Source: Candidatus Marinacidobacterales bacterium (GTDB lineage: Bacteria > Acidobacteriota > Vicinamibacteria > Marinacidobacterales > DATDRI01). From it: a DNA stretch of 64,000 nucleotides. The stretch is taken from assembly GCA_965226495.1 (NCBI GenBank), contig OZ245365.1, forward strand, positions 3,712,001 through 3,776,000. Direction: 5' to 3'. Positions 59,274 to 64,000 of the stretch are shown here, one piece after another. Numbering within the stretch: the stretch's first letter is position 1; each line of letters opens with the position of its first letter. The notes under the pieces are model-generated. The model was not told where the DNA came from and made no database searches. It saw nothing but the letters and a program-made list of their open reading frames with translations. A program made the position numbers and the translations under genes.

Positions 59274-59438
59274 GTCCTTGATTCCCGCCTTCGCCAGGGC
59301 TTCGGCGAGGCAAGCCTGCTCAACGAGCGACCGATCGTAGTCCCTCAACCGTAGCCAAGCAACCCTTCAACCATTCGTATTGAGGCACCATCGAAGCGCA
59401 TGCTAGGATGAGCCACTTCCCGGGGCACTACAAAAGAG

Positions 59439-60035
59439 ATGAGCGGAACTCCCACCAGTCGATCTTCAACCTCCAAGCTGCGTTTCTACCCGCTCACCCT
59501 TACAAGATGGTCGGATCTGGAAAACCTCTTTGGAAAACGCGGAGCTTGCGGCGGTTGTTGGTGCATGTACTGGATCCGAAAACGTTCGGTGTTCGAGAAA
59601 CAGAAAGGCTCGGGGAACAAGAGGGCCCTAAAGAAAATGGTCGCGGACGGTGATGGGCTCGGCCTCATCGCGTATTCCGAGCGAGACCCTGTCGGTTGGT
59701 GTGCTCTCGGCCCGCGAGAACGCTATTCGGTTCTCGACCGGTCCCGTATTCTGAGGCCCGTCGACGAAAAGCCCGTTTGGTCGGTGGTCTGTTTTTTCGT
59801 AGCGAAACCGTTCCGACGATCGGGTGTCACCGTGGCCTTACTCGGTGCGGCCGTCAAATACGCCAAGCGGCACCGGGCTCGCATCCTGGAAGGTTATCCG
59901 GTAGAGCCCAAGAAAGATCCGATGCCTGCGGCCTTTGCATGGACCGGGCTCGCGGCAGCCTTTCGAAAAGCCGGCTTCACCGAGATCCTCAGGCGTTCGG
60001 AGACCCGCCCCATCATGAGGTACGAGATTCGTTGA
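59439..60035 (+). CDS. GNAT family acetyltransferase
   Basis: GACGGCWCM, PVGWC, CFFV..FRRSGV, LEGYP. Confidence 0.88.
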   Translation: MSGTPTSRSSTSKLRFYPLTLTRWSDLENLFGKRGACGGCWCMYWIRKRSVFEKQKGSGNKRALKKMVADGDGLGLIAYSERDPVGWCALGPRERYSVLDRSRILRPVDEKPVWSVVCFFVAKPFRRSGVTVALLGAAVKYAKRHRARILEGYPVEPKKDPMPAAFAWTGLAAAFRKAGFTEILRRSETRPIMRYEIR

Positions 60036-60046
60036 ATGGAGTAAAA

Positions 60047-61597
60047 ATGAAACGACGCTACTCTTTGCGCCTCCTCTTCCCTTTTTTCGTAGCCTTGGCC
60101 GTCGCATCCGGCTCAGGTTCCTCCGACGAACCCGCGCTGGACACTCTCGACTCCTACGTCGAGGAGTCGATGAGAACGTGGGACGTCCCCGGGCTCAGCC
60201 TCGCGATCGTAAAGGATGGCGAGGTCGTCGTTGCCACCGGATACGGCCTCCGCGAGCTGGGAAAACCGGACAAGGTCGATGGTAGGACGATCTTCAGCAT
60301 CGGTTCTTGCAGCAAGGCATTCGGAGCCACCGCCGTCGCTCTCCTCGTCGAGGACGGCAAGCTCAGGTGGGACACGCGGGTCGTGGATCATCTCCCCTGG
60401 TTTCGACTCTACGATCCCTGGATGACTTACGAGCTCAGAGTACAAGACATCCTCACCCATCGAGCCGGCACCGGGAGCATGAACCAACTTCGCCCCATCG
60501 CGAAAGACCGCAAAGACTTCCTGCAGCGTCTGCAATACGGACGTCCTTCCCACGGCTTCCGGGATCGCTACGGATACACGAACGACATGTTTATCCTCTC
60601 GGGACAGCTGGTGGAGGAAGTCAGCGGGACAACTTGGGACGAGTTTGCGCGCACTCGTATATGGGTTCCCTTAGGAATGAGTGATACGACGACACGCATG
60701 GGCCTGGCGACGGGAGTAGAGAATCGTTCGGCGCCGCACGAATTCGTGGAGCATTTCACGGGTTCCAACAAGACGCCGGGACCAGCCCTCAAACCGATCA
60801 CTTGGGAGTTTCCCGACAACGTTGCGGTCCCGTCGGGTGGTGTCGTTTCTTCAGCCCGCGATATGGCTGCGTGGATGAAATTCTACTTGGAATCGGACTC
60901 GGAAGGCCTACTTTCCAACGACTCCAAGAAGCTCCTCGTTGCGCCGCACACCGTGATACCCAGTCCCCTTTGGTGGATGATCGCGGATCGACGTCCGGCA
61001 TACGCGATGGGATGGGCAACGGGCGACTTTTTGGGTAAAACGGTCATCTTCCATGGAGGCGAAGTACCCGGATACAACGCGTCGGTAGCCTTGGTCCCGG
61101 AGGAGAATTTGGGAGTCTACGTCGCGACCAACCGCACCTCGCTTCTGCCCTTTCTCTTGACCAAGCACATTGTTGCGAGCTTCGGGGATCCAGATGATGG
61201 ACACGATTGGCAGCCCGAATATATGGAGCAGATCCAACAATGGAACAGCGACGCGCGGGCGATCGAGGAGACGCGTTCGGCGGGTCGACTAAAGGGCGTG
61301 GGCCCTTCGCTACCACTCGATGCGTACGTGGGCCGATTCGAGAACGGGTTCGCCGGAACGCTCAGAATCAGAAAGACCGAGGACGGCTTGCAAGCAGAAC
61401 TAGCGGCGCGAGAGGGGCCGATCGTTTTCGAGCTCGAGCATTGGCACATCGATCAATTCACCGCGACTTGGTTGGATGTAGAGTTCTTCTTCTCTTTCCT
61501 GATCAACGAGCTGGGTGCGGTGACCGATGTCAAGCTCAGCCACTACGGAACATTTCAGAAAGTACCGGAAGCGTCCCCTGCAGAAACTAGAAAATGA
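60047..61597 (+). CDS. Serine hydrolase (beta-lactamase family) with DUF3471-like C-terminus
   Basis: SCSK, YTN, HGG motifs; signal peptide. Confidence 0.9.
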   Translation: MKRRYSLRLLFPFFVALAVASGSGSSDEPALDTLDSYVEESMRTWDVPGLSLAIVKDGEVVVATGYGLRELGKPDKVDGRTIFSIGSCSKAFGATAVALLVEDGKLRWDTRVVDHLPWFRLYDPWMTYELRVQDILTHRAGTGSMNQLRPIAKDRKDFLQRLQYGRPSHGFRDRYGYTNDMFILSGQLVEEVSGTTWDEFARTRIWVPLGMSDTTTRMGLATGVENRSAPHEFVEHFTGSNKTPGPALKPITWEFPDNVAVPSGGVVSSARDMAAWMKFYLESDSEGLLSNDSKKLLVAPHTVIPSPLWWMIADRRPAYAMGWATGDFLGKTVIFHGGEVPGYNASVALVPEENLGVYVATNRTSLLPFLLTKHIVASFGDPDDGHDWQPEYMEQIQQWNSDARAIEETRSAGRLKGVGPSLPLDAYVGRFENGFAGTLRIRKTEDGLQAELAAREGPIVFELEHWHIDQFTATWLDVEFFFSFLINELGAVTDVKLSHYGTFQKVPEASPAETRK

Positions 61598-61722
61598 AAG
61601 GGGTTGCTCAGGCGAAAAAATCGAGGCAGGGTCGCGAGAAGTCGCCTGCCGACGTAGCGCGAGGTCTGAGGGTGAGGCCCCGGATCACTGATGGGGGTTA
61701 GTCAACACCGGATGTTGGTGAG

Positions 61723-61977
61723 TCAAATGTCTTCGCCTTCATCCATCACTTCATCGTCGTCGTCGTCGTCGTCGTCGTCGAAGTCGTCCTCGTCCTTCGG
61801 CTGTTCCTCTTCGTCTTCTCCGTAGTCCTCTTCTTCTTCTTCGTCCTCATCGACGAAATCATCGTAATCCTCGTCTCCGCCATCCTCTTTCTCTTTATCG
61901 CGCACCCGGAAGAATTGAAGGAGTGGCTCAGGCAGCCCAGGACTGTCGGACTCCCAGAACGAATTTTGGAATTGCAT
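61723..61977 (-). CDS. Small highly acidic low-complexity protein
   Basis: RBS-like GGGGGAG, 84 aa, D/E tracts using mixed codons. Confidence 0.55.
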   Translation of the reverse strand: MQFQNSFWESDSPGLPEPLLQFFRVRDKEKEDGGDEDYDDFVDEDEEEEEDYGEDEEEQPKDEDDFDDDDDDDDDEVMDEGEDI

Positions 61978-62123
61978 GACGTACACTCCCCCCAAACCTT
62001 CAATAAGCAAAGACGCCACCCTTTAAGGGCGCGCGTATTATAGCGACCGTACTCAGTGCCATCAAGACTCCGGAGACCTTCCCCATGATATTATCCCTCC
62101 CCGCATCCCGGGAGAGAAGAACA

Positions 62124-63464
62124 ATGAGCGCGATTCTGGTCAAGACCGACATTCCCGGCCCACGCTCGAAGACCCTCCATAACCAGAGAGAAAAGGCCGT
62201 ACCGCGCGGGCCGTTCAACGTCACGTCGGTATATATTGCCCGAGCCGAGGGGGCCTTGGTAGAAGACGTCGACGGCAATCGCCTTATCGACTTCGCGGGT
62301 GGTATCGGCGTACTCAACGTCGGCCACTGTGCCCCCGAGGTCGTGGCAGCGGTCCAAGATCAAGCCGATCGGTTCACTCATGCCTGCTTCCACGTGACTC
62401 CGTATGAAGTCTACCTCCGCCTCGCGGAACGCCTCAACGAGCTCGCTCCTATCGACGGGGAGAAGAAGACGTTTCTCACCAACAGCGGCGCCGAGGGCGT
62501 CGAGAACGCCGTCAAGATCGCCCGCGCCCATACCGGTAGGCCAGCGATCCTCTGTTTCGAAGACGGATTTCACGGCCGCACGCTGCTCGCGCTATCCCTC
62601 ACGAGCAAGATCGCTCCCTACAAGGCGGGAATGGGCCCGTTCGCACCAGAGGTCTACCGCGTTCCCTATGCCTATTGCTTCCGTTGTTCGTATAATCTCT
62701 CCTACCCATCCTGCGATATCTTTTGTGCCTCTCACTTGGAGGACGCCTTCCGGCGTTACGTCCAGCCAGAGTCGATCGCCGCCGTCGTTGTGGAACCGGT
62801 TCTCGGCGAGGGCGGCTTCGTGGTACCACCCCGCGAGTACTTTCAAGTTCTCCAGGAAGTGTGTCGCAAGCACGGCATTCTGGTGATAGCGGACGAGGTT
62901 CAGACCGGAATTGGTCGCACCGGCCGCTTTTTCGCCAGCGAGCATTTCGGTTTGCGACCAGATCTTCTCGTCTCCTCGAAGTCCCTCGCCGGCGGACTCC
63001 CCCTCGCCGCCGTGATTGGCAAGGCCGACATCATGGACGCCCCGGATGTCGGAGCCTTAGGAAGCACGTTCGGAGGAAATCCGCTTTCATGTGCCGCGGC
63101 ACTTGCCGTGCTGGACATCATGGAGAAGGGTAACCTACTCCAGCGCTCGAATGAGATCGGAGAACGCGTCTGGAGTCGCGCGAATAAGTGGAAGGAGCGA
63201 TTCAGCCTCGTTGGCGACGTACGCGCACTCGGTGCGATGGCCGGAATCGAGCTCGTCACCGACCGCGAGAGCAAGTCGCCTGCCAAGGAAGCCACACAAC
63301 GAGTAGCGCAGCTGGCCCTCGAGCGCGGCTTACTCACCATCACCGCCGGCACCTATGGAAACGTCATCAGGACGCTCATGCCACTCGTCATTCGAGACGA
63401 AGAGCTCGAAGAAGGCCTCGACGTCTTGGAAGCGGCGTTGGAACAGGTCAACGCGGAGCTCTAG
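62124..63464 (+). CDS. gabT: 4-aminobutyrate--2-oxoglutarate transaminase
   Basis: DFAGGIGVLNVGH, NSGAEGVENAVK, EPVLGEGG, DEVQTG, KSLAGG, STFGGNP. Confidence 0.93.
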   Translation: MSAILVKTDIPGPRSKTLHNQREKAVPRGPFNVTSVYIARAEGALVEDVDGNRLIDFAGGIGVLNVGHCAPEVVAAVQDQADRFTHACFHVTPYEVYLRLAERLNELAPIDGEKKTFLTNSGAEGVENAVKIARAHTGRPAILCFEDGFHGRTLLALSLTSKIAPYKAGMGPFAPEVYRVPYAYCFRCSYNLSYPSCDIFCASHLEDAFRRYVQPESIAAVVVEPVLGEGGFVVPPREYFQVLQEVCRKHGILVIADEVQTGIGRTGRFFASEHFGLRPDLLVSSKSLAGGLPLAAVIGKADIMDAPDVGALGSTFGGNPLSCAAALAVLDIMEKGNLLQRSNEIGERVWSRANKWKERFSLVGDVRALGAMAGIELVTDRESKSPAKEATQRVAQLALERGLLTITAGTYGNVIRTLMPLVIRDEELEEGLDVLEAALEQVNAEL

Positions 63465-63465
63465 C

Positions 63466-63518
63466 TCGCCCGAGGAGCGGGCGGAATGACCCAAGCAATT
63501 CTGCTTGGCTCACTGGCC
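63466..63518. terminator. Hairpins between convergent genes
   Basis: cgcccg-aggag-cgggcg and ccaagca-attc-tgcttgg. Confidence 0.4.
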
Positions 63519-63521
63519 TCT

Positions 63522-64000
63522 CTATTGTCGGGGGCGCGGTACGTCGGTGAGTGCCTCCATGATCGCGTCGTGGAACGCCGGGCGAACCTCCCGAATCTGC
63601 GTATTGTCACGACTCGGGTGCACGCGGTTCGTCAAGAGGACGACGATGAGCTCCTGTTCGGGATCGATCCAAAGAGAGGTTCCTGTAAAGCCAGTATGAC
63701 CGAACGAGCACGAAGAGAAGTAACGACCGGCGGAGCTTGGCCTTGGCGGAAGGGACGGCGTGTCCCAACCCAAGGCGCGACTACTACCGGGAACGAGGTC
63801 GGCCCGTCGGCTGAACCGCTCGATCGTGGACCGCTTCACGATGCGGTGCCCGTCATACACTCCGCCATTCAGGATCATTTGGGCGAAGATGGCCAGATCA
63901 CGGGCGGTGGAGAATAAACCCGCGTGGGGTGCCACTCCCCCGAGTGCAAAGGCGTTCTCGTCGTGTACCTCTCCAGTCACAATTCTTCCGCGCCAAGGGT
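63522..64000 (-). CDS. Serine hydrolase/beta-lactamase family C-terminus (partial)
   Basis: GEVHDENA, HAGLFSTARD, GHTGFTGTS, LLTNRVHP. Confidence 0.9.
   Translation of the reverse strand, partial: PWRGRIVTGEVHDENAFALGGVAPHAGLFSTARDLAIFAQMILNGGVYDGHRIVKRSTIERFSRRADLVPGSSRALGWDTPSLPPRPSSAGRYFSSCSFGHTGFTGTSLWIDPEQELIVVLLTNRVHPSRDNTQIREVRPAFHDAIMEALTDVPRPRQ

Noticed and set aside
60047-61597. Beta-lactam resistance gene
   Set aside because: SxxK hydrolases with a DUF3471-like tail are mostly peptidases or esterases, and there is no mobile context

Overview
GC-rich bacterial chromosomal segment, most likely Acidobacteriota (inferred from the Acidobacteria-type VWA protein, the kinase-PEGA-TonB fusion, the DUF4159 cluster and the ArgRS type). 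It holds about 50 genes. I recognised no rRNA, tRNA, CRISPR array, integrase or transposase. Recognisable genes are argS, lepB, bshC, metH, rocD, glpD and gabT, among many secreted peptidases (M14, two M28, S9, serine hydrolases), amidohydrolases and patatins, which suggests a peptide/lipid-scavenging heterotroph. The best leads for undescribed biology are: (1) a self-contained promoter/operator plus two uncharacterised Fe-S proteins plus GntR operon (35.8-38.1 kb); (2) a tandem NrdR-box-like pair over the promoter of a 65-aa ultra-basic histone-like protein (33.8-34.2 kb); (3) a lone variant HNH gene with a structured upstream region and tandem 78-bp repeats (22.9-24.5 kb); (4) the DUF4159/VWA-GATase/caspase-like/TPR-gluzincin envelope operon (1-7.3 kb); (5) a kinase-TonB plus FHA-RDD signalling operon. 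Several single-base frameshifts, short duplications and one scrambled junction suggest residual consensus errors, so the pseudogene calls are provisional. All calls come from reading motifs by eye; no searches were run.
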